Shown here one piece after another: positions 40,501 to 55,500 of a stretch of 64,000 nucleotides of DNA (positions within the stretch are counted from its first letter, which is position 1; every line of letters starts with the position of its first letter). Below the pieces are notes generated by a model. That model saw only the letters and a program-made list of their open reading frames with translations, had not been told where the DNA came from and searched no databases. The position numbers were made by a program, and so were the translations under genes. Source of the stretch: Leucoraja ocellata (taxonomy: Eukaryota); contig JAWMAR010000148.1 in assembly GCA_036785375.1 (NCBI GenBank), positions 248,001-312,000 on the forward strand, written 5' to 3'.

Positions 40501-43500
40501 AAGAGGTAGGCTATTTAGAACTGAGATGAGGAAAAACTTTTTCACCCAGAGAATTGTGAATCTGTGGAATTCTCTGCCTCAGAAGGCAGTGGAGGCTAAT
40601 TCACTGGGTGCATTCAAAGAAAGTTAGATAGAGCTCTTAGGGCTAGTGGAATCAAGGGTTATGGGGAGAAGGCAGGAACAGGGTACTGATTGTAGCCGAT
40701 CAGCTATGATCACATTGAATGGCGGTGCTGGCTTGAAGGACCGAATGGCCAACTCCTGCACCTATTGTCTATATATCTAAACAACAAGACTGATCTCATC
40801 TAATTAGATATTCTATTCATTCCTCCCTCCCTCCAGCTTCTTAATTTAAAATGAACCATTTTAACTCTTTCCCAGTTCTGAACAAGGATCTCTGACCTAA
40901 AATATTTACCCTTTATGCAGATTCTGAGAATGCTATTGTTTATTTATTTATTTTTTATTTATAGTTTTTAACAGTAGACGGAGTAAATCAGAATTTCAAC
41001 TATTCTGTTAATTTCAGTGGTGAAGATAATTTGGGTTTACATTTGTAATCACTGTATTTGTGCTGCAGATTAAATCAAAATGTATACCTCCATATGCGCT
41101 CATACTGCTGAGCTTGAAGCCATACTGTACCTCGGTACTGGTGACAATAAACTAAACTAAATACAGGGAGTGCATCCAGAGCTCTGGATAAATGATCATT
41201 TGAGGCTTGTTACATCTTGCGCAAATTGCCTTGTTAAGCTTGAATGGGTTACAGAGGGCGTTTTCCTAAAAATGCAGAGAATTACATGTTGACAAGAAGA
41301 CTGATCATTTGAGAACTATGTTGATTTACATTCAATCCTCCATTCTAAATCCAAGGCCCAATACGCCTTGGCTTACACTGCTATCAAATGTACATACAAA
41401 TTGGAAGAAGTAAGCTATTTGGCTCCCCTCAGCTTGCTGTGCCATTCAATACAAATGTAGCTAATGCATCCTTAATTATATTTATTTTATGTTTATTTCC
41501 CTAATTCAATCTAATCTTTTAATTCTATAGGTCAAAGATACAATAGGGTATGACACGCTTGGACATTGTTTCTTCCTGGAGGATGGTGTGGAGCAGAGAA
41601 ACATACTGTATCACAACCTGGGTCTCCTTACCAAGCCAGGCACCATCCTCCCTTCTGACCGCAATGAAATTATGTGCATTTCAATCCGTAATCAAGTTTG
41701 TGGAAATTATATTCCCATACCAAGTAATGACTGCATGTAAGTTAAACCTGGAATTTCTCCCATTGTTTGAGTCACTATATTGCCACATCATCCCTCTCTA
41801 AAACATCTTTGCCCTGGAATGTTAAGCTGCCACTCCAGCTCTTCTTTCAACCAAGTTTCTGTAATGGCTGCAAAATTGTATTTCTAGCTCGAAGCACATC
41901 TGCCTTGCCCATTATGAACGATCTTGACCTGAAACACTGACTATCCATTTCCTTCCATAGTTACTACCTGAGCCATTGAGTTCCTCCACCTGCTCTCCAT
42001 TTTCTTATTTACCTAATAACTTCCCGCATTAAGACAAAGGTACTTCATACCATATCTCCTATCATGTTCATGATCTTGGACCTACCTGTTTTTCCTGTCA
42101 GATTTGCTTGACTTAATCTCCACCCTTTCCTCAATGATTCCACCTGATGATCTACTGCTCAGAGCCCAGTTTAAACCCCACTCCCCACCAAGCAGCACTA
42201 GCAACCCTCCCTGAAAACATTGATTTTAATAGTTGTGCTTCTGGTGGGAACTTAGTAATGTGGAATTCTGGATTTTTGTTAATTCAGTCGATCTTTCTGA
42301 GAATTTCTCATAAAGTATCTAATTGGCCTATTCCATTTATATTTTAAAATGCTTTAAAGTATTTTTCAATTAAGCTTTTTACAATATGTTTTGAACCTGT
42401 TTGAGATTTCTGGCTAAGTCTTATGTTCCACTGAATGCATCTTGAAAAGCTGAAGGCCCCTTTTGAAGTGTAGGGGCTCATCACCAAGAATATTTCCAGT
42501 AGTATTTACGGGTTCCCATTGAGGATTTACTGAGTTTAAAATATTTACTTGGGTTGAAAGCAAGTTGACAGCTCCAGCTGCTGACTACAAAATGTGTCCC
42601 ATTGTAGCTAGACATTTATAAATGAAGATGCTGTTTAGTTTTTAATGATGACATGCATCTTCCTACAATGTGTAAGGAACTGATTGTAATTTGAAAAAAA
42701 AAAAACTTTGGGTAAATGTAATTGCCTGATGAGGTCTAATTCTTCTCTTTCCTAGGATGGTGTGAGTTTCATGAGCAGAGATAATTATAATGTTTTGCAT
42801 AACCTATGCACCCTAAATTGAGAAACATGAGATACTGGAAATCTGAAAGAGAAATGCTGAAAATACCCAGCAGATCAGGCAGTATCTATGGAGAGAGGAA
42901 AATATGTTTCAGAGCAAATCATTCCCGTAAGCTAAAATCCAACAAGCTTTGTCTACACAAGGAACATTAACCTGTGTAGGTTGATCAAACATCAAGCATA
43001 AACTTTGTTTTTCTCTCTCCATAGATGCTTTCTTACCATTTGAATATTTCTAATATTTTTTTGTTGCTTGGCCAATTGCATCTCATGTAATTTTTGCAAT
43101 TTGAATCGGTTGCTCAATTTTCTGGGTATGAGAATAGAAAGAATTTCAGACCTATGATCTTTCTGGGATCCCCGATTAAATGTATTTATACAGGAAATAT
43201 GGTTGCTATATTTATGGAAAGGCTTATTTGTGATGTGGCACGGCGGTAGAGTTGCTACCTTACAGCGCCAGAAACCCAGGTTTGATCCTGACTACAGGTG
43301 TTGTCTGTACAGAGTACATACATTCTCCCTGTGACAACGTGGGTCTCCTCCCATATTGCAAAGACGTCCAGGTGACAACCACTAGTTTGTCATTAAAAAA
43401 ATATACAAAGATCTATTTTATTCATCATTGTTATATTCACGGTGGATGTCATTCTTCCATGCCTGGTCAGGTCGACTGTGACTCTAGAATCAAGCAATCT

Positions 43501-46500
43501 GATGATCATTTGAAATGGCCCCGCAAAGATCATGGTCATATCAAGGGTGCAGAAAGAATATCGGGGAAGTGGGTGGATATCTAGAATCAGTGCATTAGTG
43601 TGTGTGTGCAGAGAGTGGGATAGAATAATAAGGTTGCAATCGGTTTGGAAGATTAAGGTTGAATTGTTATGATGTGAGGGGGATGTTGGTGCCATCGATA
43701 TTGCAGGGTTTGGCGATAGGGGGATCTGAAGGACACCTGGAACAAGGGTTAAGTTTCTAACACGGGGAATCTACCTGCAGCTGGTTTTCAGCACCGGATT
43801 CTTTGGGCTAAATCTTTTAAGTATTATTGAAGCAGGTCTTGTATTGTTCTGCTTTTGCATGAGTGGTTTTTACTGTCTGCAGGCTACACAGTGCAAATTA
43901 ATTGCTTGAGTTGGGGTGCAGATCTAGTTTGGAAATTTCATGTGCTCAGACACACAGAAGAGTCTGAAGCCAAAGTTATTTTGAAATGAATGTAAGAAGC
44001 TGTTGCTTTTCCAGTTCAGAATTCTATTTGGTATTCCACATACATTGTGTTGCACAGTAGAATTGTTGGATGTCATATTTTAATTTATTCTTCCAAAGTC
44101 TCCAAGACTACATATAACAAGACTAATTCTGTAGACTTTGCAATGCGTTGAGGGGAAATCCAGAATGAGTTCCAACAGCCCAGTTTTGGCCACATGTTTC
44201 ACTTGCAAGTGTTGTGTGGAGTTACCATGGATCATACTAAATGGAACAAGATAAAGAGCAGTTGTCTGTCCATCCGTTCAGTAATGTAGATTATAAATAT
44301 TACGATTAGCTGCAATTATTAATCATATTTCCACACTAATTTTCCCTGTCACCCACGTCCCCATCAAATGCTCCTTCTTCCCATCACATCTCCCCATCTA
44401 TCACCCCCTCCCCACCTCCATCACCCCGCCCAACATGCTTGGGCTACTAAAAAGGACACAAAGTACTGGTGTATCTGAGCAGGTCAGGCAGCATCTCAGG
44501 AGGACATGGAGTACTTACATTTTGGGTTGGGACCCTTCTTCAGACTTATCCATGTCAGCGAGAGATGCTGCCTGACCCACTGAGTTACTCTAGCATTTGT
44601 TTTTTTATTGTAAGCCACCATCTATTGTTCCTTGTGTTCCCAGACTTGGTATACTAGCCGTACTGTGGGTTGGAAAGGAAATGACATTCATTTAAACACA
44701 TTGTCAACTTTCTGAGATATTTAAAGTGCTTCAGAAACATGTCGAACAAACTGACTAATCTAATTAACCATTGGACTGTTGAGAATTTGGATCTCGCTCA
44801 AACCTGAGTAGCATATGCTTGAGTTCCAAGTATAAAATTCCGTTAATAATTTTACTGTTGTCACTCGTTTTAAGAGGGAATTTGGCTTTATTGGATGCCG
44901 TGTTATCACTAAAGTGGAATGTTAATTTGCAGGGCTGTCACAACATTTTGGATATCCAATCCTAACAACCACCTCATCAACAATGCAGCAGCTGGTGCCC
45001 AGGTAAGGCAATACTTGGTTGACTTGGAAAACCAGTTTATACAGACAGCAGCCTGGGATTTCAATTTCCCTCCTGGATAAATATAAAGTCCTATCGTATC
45101 GTAGATGTTCTTTTTCAGAGTAATTCTTGTAACATCTCCCCACCACCCCTACCAGCAACATGTCCCTAACATTACTGATACTATTTAGTCAGGAAATCAT
45201 GACCTGGGAATCATGTTTTTTTAATCTGACAGGCTGCTGTCTCTATATATTTGTTTTGTAAATCTGCCCAGTTGTTATACAGGCTCCATTTATACATGAA
45301 GTGAATTAGATTTGTTGTCCTTTATTTTGGCTTGATATTTTAGTTAAAGTCGTGGAGTAAACAGGATCACAGAGAGTGGCCTATTCACATGAACATCGTA
45401 ATGTTCATATGATCATAATGTTCTCAACATGGGCATGGACACTTGTTAAAGCACCAGAATAGTAATCCAGAGACTAGTGATATCTATCAGAAGGGAAAAC
45501 CCACCAGTAAGAATATTAAAATTTCTTAATAAATTTGAATCTGAAAAAAGAAACAGCAACTATTCTTCATATTGATGTTCTTGAAAAGTACTGGATTGTT
45601 ATAAAAAAACCCCCATCTGGTTCACCAATGTCCTTGAGGGGAAAGCTATCATTCAGATGTGATTTGCAGGTGACTCCAGGCACACCCCATATGGTTAACT
45701 CTTAATTGCCAATGAAGTGGCCGAGTAAATCACTTGGTTCCATTACAGTCAAACTTTAAATTTATGTTCTTATACACATAATGATACAGAAGGAGAACCG
45801 TCGCTTCCTTGCCAAGCCCCCGGGAGCAATTAGTTCCTTTCTTCCCTCTCATTTCACAGTAGTCCTTCAAATTATTCTCTCTCAAACATTCTTATCAACC
45901 TTTCCGTCGCTTCTAATTGCCAGTAAGTTACAGTAGCTAATTAACCTTCCAGCATTTCATTAAACCTGGGAGGAAACTGGGTCAGTCAGTTGAAACTGGT
46001 GGTCATGGGGAGAGTGTGCAATCTCCACGCAAACAGCATCCGAGGCCAGAATGGAACCAAGGTTCCCAAAGCTGTGAGATAACAGCACTGACTGCTGTGA
46101 AATAGTGTCTCTGGCAGAAAATTGGATGAGACAGCCTGGCATTGACTTGAGTGTCGCAATGTTTAAGAAACATGCAGACAGGTTCATGGATAAGACAGGT
46201 GGGCCAATTGCAGGCAGGTGGGACTACTGTAGATGGGAAATGTTGGCAGGTGTGGGTAAGTTGGGCAAAAGGGCCTGTCTCCATGCTGTAAGACACTATG
46301 ACTCTATTAAATCTGGATACAGCAAATGGCTCCCAAAAACATCAGACAAAGACCTCCTCACAAAGATTTGCAGAGTGCTATGCCACTGACCATTCATTCA
46401 AAAGCCCCACATAATCATACTTGCAGATTCATTCCTGACAATGTACTAGATCTCCAACACAATCCATGAGTAGAACAGGCTCACCAAAGACAAGACTTGA

Positions 46501-49500
46501 TGCCACACCTCATAAATACACATGGCATCAGGACAGCCATGGACAAGGAAACCTCTTCCTGATTAGAACTTAGTGGTTAGTTTTGGTGTGAAGACAGGGC
46601 TTTGCACAATGATTGTGCGTTAATCATTTCTACTAATAGTAGCATTGGCAGATCCATCTACTGCTGGTAAATGGTGAGGCGTGGTCCAGGACGTATACGC
46701 AGTTATTTCAGTTTTGCCCTTCAGAACATGGCCTGGTCATTATAGTGATGCTACCTAATCACTTGGCTATGGATAATGAAATCCGTGCACCCCAGAATAC
46801 ATTTGGTGCTCTTGCTATTTTCAACGTTTCTCCCACCTCCGTCTAGCACACTTATAACACCAGCGTCTACCCAATAATATGAAAACTGCCTTGCTGTGCT
46901 CTGTTTACAAAATGTAGGACAATCCCAACTGGCCAATCTATCTGTTCTCAATCTGCAAAGTGATGGGAGCTGTCATGGACAATAGTATTATGCAACACTT
47001 AATTGCTGATGCCAAGTTTGGATCTTGCCAAGGCAGCTTGACTTCAGGCCTAACCAAATATTGACCATCTATATTTGATCTTTTAGCCAAGCAAAACATA
47101 ATCTCGTCATCCAGCCAGTTGAGCCCTGTTAGACACTTGCCTGCTTCATGGGACTTATTCTTCCAAACTTGAGTCCATCCAATCCCTTCTAATTTAACAG
47201 CTCAGTTTGGTGAACCTTTGTGTTATTTTTTTTCTATGTCAAGTATACATTTTCCTGGGTAAGGTGACCAAATGTGTACTGCTCCAAACATGGTGTTTTT
47301 ATTTAATTGATTGCAAAATACAGCATGGAAACACGCCCTTTGGTCTACTGAGTCCACTCTGACCATCAATCACCCGTTCACCCTGATCTCAGCAAGAATC
47401 CGTATTCATGCCGTTTTTATGAATTTTGGATGAGGTTGTCCAGTTGAGAGCTCTTCTATTCTTCAAATTCATCAACGTGGTTACATGGTAGGGCTTCCAT
47501 TTAATGCCTTGCCCAAAAGGCAGCTTCCCCTCATTTCTGTAATTCGGTATCAACCTGAAATGTTGCTGCTCAAAACACTCAGTCTTTGTTTCCAAGATGC
47601 AAGAACTTTATCGCTGAGCTATGACTGATTTATAATGGGGATTAACTTATCCCAAACAATCGTTTTGTCACTGGCTTACCAATTTGTGAAAATTTCCAGT
47701 CACTTCATTCTTACCATGTAAATAGTGTGTTGATGTCAAATACCACCATCACCAGGAGTGAATTAATGATATAGTTATCACAGATCTAACTGGTCTGAAA
47801 CCTGCAAAATATAACAGTACCCAAAAAGATTCCAAGCAGTAGTTTACAAACTTTAACACATTAATTATTTTATTCAACTTGGGGTCATGAAACAGGGCAA
47901 GTTTTGATATGGGATTTGTAGTCTCAGTCTGAAGAAGTGATCGACCCAAAAGGTCGCACATTCCTTCTCTCCAGAGATGCTGCCTGTCCCGCTGAGTTAC
48001 TCCAGCTTTTTGTGTCTATCTTCGGTTTAAACCAGCATCTGCAGTTCCTTTCTACACAAATGTATAGGTGTTGTTCTGCTGGGCCTTTTGAATACATCTA
48101 CACAAGTGTAACTTGTTGGAGATGAAACTTTGATCTCAAATGGTCATTTTTACCTCTCCATAGATACTGCCTGACTTGCTGAGCATATCTGGTATTTTTT
48201 TTAAATGTAAGAATTACAATGGTTTAGCTCACCACAACATTCTCAAGAGAAATTATGGAACAGCAATAAATGGAATTGCAAATAATACCTTGATTCCATA
48301 GAAATACATTTTTATGAATGTTTCTATTCAGTGTGTGGCAAGTAGGCAGCTCCTTTGTATGAAAGATTACTGCTGCAAAATACTTTGCATGTGGCCGGGA
48401 ACAGTCCTTGCATGTTTAATAGATGCAAGGGCATTTTATTCTGCATCTATTTCAGATGCTCAGCATTTGCTGATTTTTCCATTTTAATTTCTGCATACAT
48501 TTGGTCCAACCTACAAAAAGCAATAATTAACCTCAAAACCTATTTTAAGCTGGTTCTCCTCTGGGATGTGTGAATTAATTTAAATGTATAGGTTACACAA
48601 AAATGCTGGAGAAACTCAGCGGGTGCAGTAGCATCTATGGAGTGAAGGAAATAGGCAATGTTTCTGCCCAAAACGTTGCCTATTACCTTGGCTCCATAGA
48701 TGCTGCTGCACCTGCTGAGTTTCTCCAACATTTTTGTGTACCTTCGATTTTCCAGCATCTGCAGTTCCTTCTTAAATAAATGTATAGGTTAGTTTAGTAT
48801 TTGAATATTTCTACTGAAGCACAATTATGCTTAGAGAGAGTGTTTTGTTTAAAAATATATATGTTGTTTTTCCTGGTTTTAACGTTCCTTGTTTATTCTC
48901 TTCCTTTCCAGGATGTGGGGATATGGTATATTTTCCACCGTAACCCTACCGGAGAATCTGTGGGTCAATTTCCAGATGGCCAGTCAGAGTTTACCCCTTT
49001 GGGAATATTTTACAACAACAGGGTACATTCTAACTTCAAGGTGTGTATACTCTGCTGCAAAAAGAGCATGTAACAATGATTTATTTTGCATGTATTTTTT
49101 GTTTCAAAATAAGATTTCCAATTTATTGTTGTGAACTATTTAAAATATAGCCTGTAGGCACACTTGTGTATTCTACGCCTAGGTTTAGATTTCAACCCAA
49201 ATTTTTTAGATTAGTTTGGAGATACAACATGGAAACAGGCCCTTCAGTCCACCGAGTACACTCCAGCTATCGATCACCTGTACACTACGTCATTCCACGT
49301 TTGCATCTTACACACTAGGGGGAATTTACAGAAGCCAATCAACCTACAAACCTGCATGCCTTTGGAAAGTGGGAGGAAATCAGAGCACCTGGAGAAACCC
49401 CATGCAATCACCGGGAAAACATACTAACTGGATATCTTGCTGAGAGATGAGTCAAGAACATTAATGTCAAGGGTAATGTCAGATCTCAAAAGTTCCGTGC

Positions 49501-52500
49501 AGTGGACGCTCCCTACATTATTGTCCATGATGTGTTGCCTCCATTCCTCATTTACAGTGGGTATACTCTTGGGTGAAGAAGAGTCTCGACCTGAAACCTG
49601 AAACGTCACCCATTCCTTCTCTCCAGAGATGGTGCCTGTCCTGCTGAGTTACTCCAGCATTTTATGTCTACCTTCGATTAAACCAGTATCTGTAGTTCTT
49701 TCCTACTCTTGGGTGTTTAGACCATTGATTGTCTTATTAACAGTGTGTGTTATCAGTGTTGGATAGCCTATGCTCTTCCTCCTGTTTTTTGGGTCAAGTG
49801 TTTTGTGTTCTGAGCCGCCTTATATTTAAAGAGCTGCTTTTTTTAATCACAGTGGTGTTTCTAATCCCAAAACACCATACAGTGAAGGTTGGTTAAGTCT
49901 TTCAATAGGTGCTAATTGAAGCTCATGTTGTTTGTAGGGTCATCCGATTGTATGTAAGGTGCTGTCTGAATAGAGTCATCTTTTGTGCGGTACTTGGAAA
50001 CTCCAAAGTCATTTGTTTCTTGTGGTTTTATTGCTTTGTGCCTGGTGGTTTTAGGTAATGCTCAGTCCAACTGACATCGCCTTTGTGGTTTCCAGTTTGA
50101 AGAGTGCTGTAGTCAAACTGCTGCCTATGACAAGATCAAGCGCATTGTTTTAAAGCCTTGTGATTGTCTCTGACAAAATAGGTTGTTGATTTTGACAAGT
50201 CTGCGCTTCAAGCAATTTGTCAGGAGGATTCTGTTGGATTGATCTTTCCCTACTCCCTCCTTGTAAATTCTGTCTTGCTACCAGATTGTCTCTCCAGCAC
50301 TGAGGTTATCCAGGAAGATTGCTTTGTCTCGTATTGTCTCACAGCCAGGGCGTTTTCAAGATTTCTTGAGCAGAAGTCCTCTTTGGGTTTGCCCGTAGTT
50401 CCCAGTGTGGGGGGACATCCGTGCTGATGACCCTAGAGTATTAGATCCATGATTGAGCTAGTGGGAGAGGCACATGGTATTCACATACTCTACAGGGAGA
50501 ATCTTTGAGATACCTATCTGACTCATTTTCCACTAGCATTGATAGCATTCCATTAGCTTCCCTAATTACTTGCTTTCTAGCCCATTGAGAATCATGCATA
50601 AACACGCGCTCTCGGCATTTCAGAACTCAACTGTCTCTCACTATTCAGATAAAATTCTCCTCCTTTATTTTTCTTGCCCAAATGGTCAGTTTCCCATTTT
50701 CCCACATAATCCACTTGGCAGAACACCAAATCCATCTCTAACCTTTCTATGCCTGCTTCACCACATCTCTGTGCCATCATCAAATTGAGCTGTTTTAGCT
50801 TTTGGTATCTTGATCCAAGTCATTTACTGTGAATGCATAGTAAGCACGAATTATGGCACTAACACCAATTGCGTTGGCACCTTGCTCATTGCATCTTGCC
50901 AATCAGAAAGAGCCTAGTGTGCCTAGTGCTTTCTGCTAGACAGTCAACTCACTTTTGCTGTACATTATCATTTTGAAATGCCCAATCCTCCAGAAAAGAG
51001 TGAGTTTCTGTAGTTGCTAATTCTACTCAGTGTTACAAATGTGTGTTTTATTATAGTGCCAGGCTGGAATGTTGGGATTATTATCTCCAGTGATTTATTG
51101 ATTTCTGGCATCCTTTCCCCTAGGCTGGACTTTTCATTGACAGTGGAGTGAAGACAACCAAATGCAATGACAATGATCCCAGGGAAATCCTTGCACTGGA
51201 CTTTGCAAGGTATAGCAGAATTAAATATTTCAGATTGATTTACTTCTGTGTAAAGGTCTTTACATATTTTTACATGTTTCTCTATTTAGGATTGTCTTTG
51301 TGTGCAGTTTCGGTGAAATTATCTTTGCTGGTTCAATTTATGCTCTTATTCAAACTATTTATTTTTATTAGAAGGTTTTGTTAGATCATATTTTCTTAAG
51401 GCATGGAAGTATGCCATTCGGTCTATCCCAGCTCTCAGAGAAATCCCTTAAATACTATAGTCCACTTAGTTGCCTGTTAACCGTTCTCCCTCACATGACA
51501 ATTAACACTCCACAGGCTCTACTTTTGGCCAAGAGTAAAGGTGTGCTCTATGACATAATTGGCTTCATGACGAATGATGGACAAATGTTGGTTGTCTGTT
51601 CAATAATGCACAGAAACGCTGGGGCTAGTTTAGTGAACTAGTAATGCTTGCTAGCATGATATCACCCTGGGAAATTTGATATAAACTCTATGCAAATTAG
51701 CCCAACTTATAAGCATTAATTTTTCCAATGCTTGAAGCATTTTTAAATTGAACGAAGATTCCATGTAAGCATTATTTAGGGAGAAATTATGCAAGTTGTG
51801 CTCACTGGTGAGTTTTGATGCTTATTTGTGGCCTCTTCCTTGTGGGAACTAAATAGCTGATTACTTCCCCTGCAAGATTTGGCTATTTGTTAGGAAATGA
51901 TTTCATTCAGCCAATATTTTTTTGTGCTTGTTTTGATAACATACAGCTTCCTTACTCTATCCAAGCATGGTCAAATGCTGGAGATTGGTGTTTGTTTTTG
52001 GCATTGGGTATTATTGTTTGATACCACCAGTTACTAGTAAGAGGGAGGTGAGAGTGTGGAATTAAGGGAGGAGGTCAGCGTTGGGGATCTCTCAGTGGGC
52101 TGATGCCTAAAAAAGTAGGAAGGGGAAAGGAGAACTTAATAGCTGGGACGTTGTCAACTGGGAGTCAGTAATGAAGATTGGACCAAGAGGCCATTAGTCT
52201 GAAGAAGGGTTTCGGCCCGAAACGTAGCCTATTTCCTTCGCTCCTAGATGCTGCTGCACCCGCTGAGTTTCTCCAGCATTGTTGTGTACCCAGGCCATTG
52301 GATATATTGAGATGCATGGGGCAGAATTAACTGTTGGGTATTTTGAAGATTGGGATTGGAAAGAGTGTAGAGACAGAGTGATATAGAGTTGTTTCTCACC
52401 ACTGGCATTGACAACATAGTAATCAAGCTGGGTTAGGTCAGTTGTCAAGGGAATGAGTCAAGCGAGGTTCTTGACTGATGACCCAATAGAGAGCTTGATA

Positions 52501-55500
52501 ACATTATCACTTTGTGTCATGGAGACTTGCAGCACAAAAACAGGCCCATCGACCTAACTCGTTCTTGCCAATCAGGATGCCCCATCTAAGCAAGTCCAAT
52601 TTGGTTTATAGCCCTCTAAATCCTTCCTATCCATGTACCTATCCAAATGTCTTTTAAATGTTGTTATTGTACCTAGCTCAAGTACTTTCTCTGGTAGCTT
52701 GTTCCATGTACTTGCCACCCTGTTTGAAAAGGTCAGTCCTCGGGGCTGAAACCAAGTAAACAAAAATTATTCTGCTTTAAAATTCTCTGTTACTTCAGAA
52801 TATCTTGCAACAATACAAGTAAAACTGCATTGTTCTAGCGATAAGTGCCAACATACAGATAGATATATCTTCTGCTGTGAAGCTTAAATAATAAATAATC
52901 AATATTGTGGGTTCACATGTAATCAATAATATGTATAAAATATAGGATAATTCTCTTACAATTCTGGCATATTTTGCCAGCAACAGCCATTGGATCTTCT
53001 AATAACATGCTCCATGTGCAGCAAGAAGAGTCTTCTTTACCATTCAACTTGTTTTTATTATTTATAATCGCCAATTTTCTTGATGTTTACACTTTGCTGC
53101 AAGCATATTTGGCATAATATGCAATGATTGCTTAATTTTTTTTTTGGCTGAAATCATGTAACAAGAAAAGATTTGTCCTTTAATGATTTATTTATATGGC
53201 TCTAAATATCTTATGCTCAACTGATAATGAAGGATTAATAATTCATTAGTGTTTAAAACTGTTGTATTTAGCCTTCTGTTCCCGCTGAATCTTGGTTTCT
53301 AATGTCTATTAATTCCTTGGGCCTGAGTGTCTGCCTTCTGTTTTCAATGCTTTATTTCTCAAGAACCGTGACAGATCTGTAACTCCTGCTCTGTATCTTT
53401 GACATAGGTTTCGCCCTCATCAAAATGCTGACCCCAGGCAGCCACGTGTTCCTGCTGTTATTGATGGTCTTATAGCTTTTAAAAACAATGAGCAAGGAGC
53501 TTGGGCTAGAGGGGGAGACATTATATTCCGCAACTCCGGGTAAGTTCTGTTATATGCTGGAACATGTCTTTGCAACAGAAAATATCTTTGATTATACATA
53601 GAATCATTGAATGAATTACTAGAGATGGTCTATCTCAGTCACTGAGCTAGAGGTTCCACTGCTTGCATGGTACTGAAGATATAATGCAGAGGTAGTTACT
53701 ACGGCTATACAAAACAATTCGCTGATCACATATGTTTCACAAAGGAGTTGATATTATGTTGCTTGTTGTATAATGTAAGATGCATGAAATTCTGGAATGT
53801 GACCCCATTCTCTTTGCTTCTGCAGGTTCTCTGATAATGGGATAGGTCTGACTCTAGCAAGGTAACTTTGATTTTCTAATTATTCGGTGACGAGCTTACC
53901 CAATCAAATCATTTTGAGTTAAAAACCAATATGTGCAGGAACAATGCTTATCAATTTCCAATCCCAACAGATTCAAAAATCATGCTACTGATAAAAGTCA
54001 TAGAGCTGGAATGTTAATGTTTCTGTTGCCACACATGTTGCCCAGCATTTCCAGTATTTTCAAGTTTCAGGTAGTCTTTGTTTGCAGTTGGTTTAGTGAC
54101 AAGATTCCCGAGGATAGTTCAATCCATTATAAATTCTTTCCTGCATATTTTTTCATCCCTTTTTAAAATGAAAAATTCTCGCAAGTATATGGCCTTGTTC
54201 AGGATGATACAAAGTGTTATAGTTATTCCGATGAAAAAGTTATTCTAAATGTGATTAATAATTTCCAATACAATGTTGACAAGTGTACAGTGTAAGATGT
54301 TTAATATTCTAAATGAATTCTGTTTTATACAATTGTAAAACTGTATGCAAATCTGGCAAGAATTTTTTTTTTTTTTTTTTTTTACATTTGTTGTAAAGGA
54401 AAATTAGGTAGAAAAATAATTATCCTAATTCCAACAATGTTTAAGAAGGAATTGCAGATGCTGGAAAACTGATGGTAGACAAAAATGCTGGAGAAACTCA
54501 GTGGGTGAGGCAGCATCTATGGAGCGAAGGAATTAGGCGACATTTTGGGTCGAGACCCTTCTTCAGACTGATCAGTCTGAAGAAGGGCCTCGACCCGAAA
54601 TGTCGCCTATTTCCTTCGCTCCACAGATGTTGCCTCACCTGCTTTCTCCAGCATTTTTGTCTACCTAATCCCAACAATAATCAGTTATGCCATGAAGTGC
54701 AATAAAATATAGAACAATTGAAAACATAACTAAATCTCTCAACGTGTAACTGGGTTTGACTTTGTCAATTTGGTTTAGCCTGCTTATTGGCCAAGGTCAA
54801 CACCATATACGTTCCCATAATGTTGTTGCCACCGCTCAGATCCTGCAATTGCTCTGCTTTTGTGCTCTGGTAGTTCCTCCAATTGCTTTTCTGCAACACA
54901 TGTAACCTTCAAAGCATCCCTTGCTTAGAGAGACACAGTATCTATAAGTATAAACAAATAACTCATGAGAGAATGTATTTAAGTGTGTTAGGAGAGTATA
55001 GTTGACCAAAACGCTGGGACAATTTACATGGTGACATCCAACTCTGCTTTAGTCTCATCTAATACATCATTGACAGTGCAGCAACCTCAACCTTGTGATG
55101 TTCATGGAATCAGAGTGGGCTGTTTATGTCCTCATGTTAAACCTATCAATTCACATGTTTATCCTTGATTTTCTACCTCTGTGTTGCTATTCTGCGCTAG
55201 CCCCACATCCCATGGTTTATTTTAATATCTAAAGAGCTATTGATCTCTTCCTTGAACATACTTAGTGACTGGGAGACACAAGTTTGGAAGTTTGAGTTTA
55301 AAAAAAACAGTGCTGGATGAACTCAATGGGTCAGGCAGCATTGGAGGGAAGTGGACAGATAACATTTCAGGTAGGGACCATTCATGATGGAATGGGGGAG
55401 AAAATGGCATTGAAGAGGGTGTGATGGAGTGTAGTAAGAGACAGAAACATGTTTGCTTTTGATTTGCTTTTTGTACGCATTAAATTAAATGTGGCTTGCA

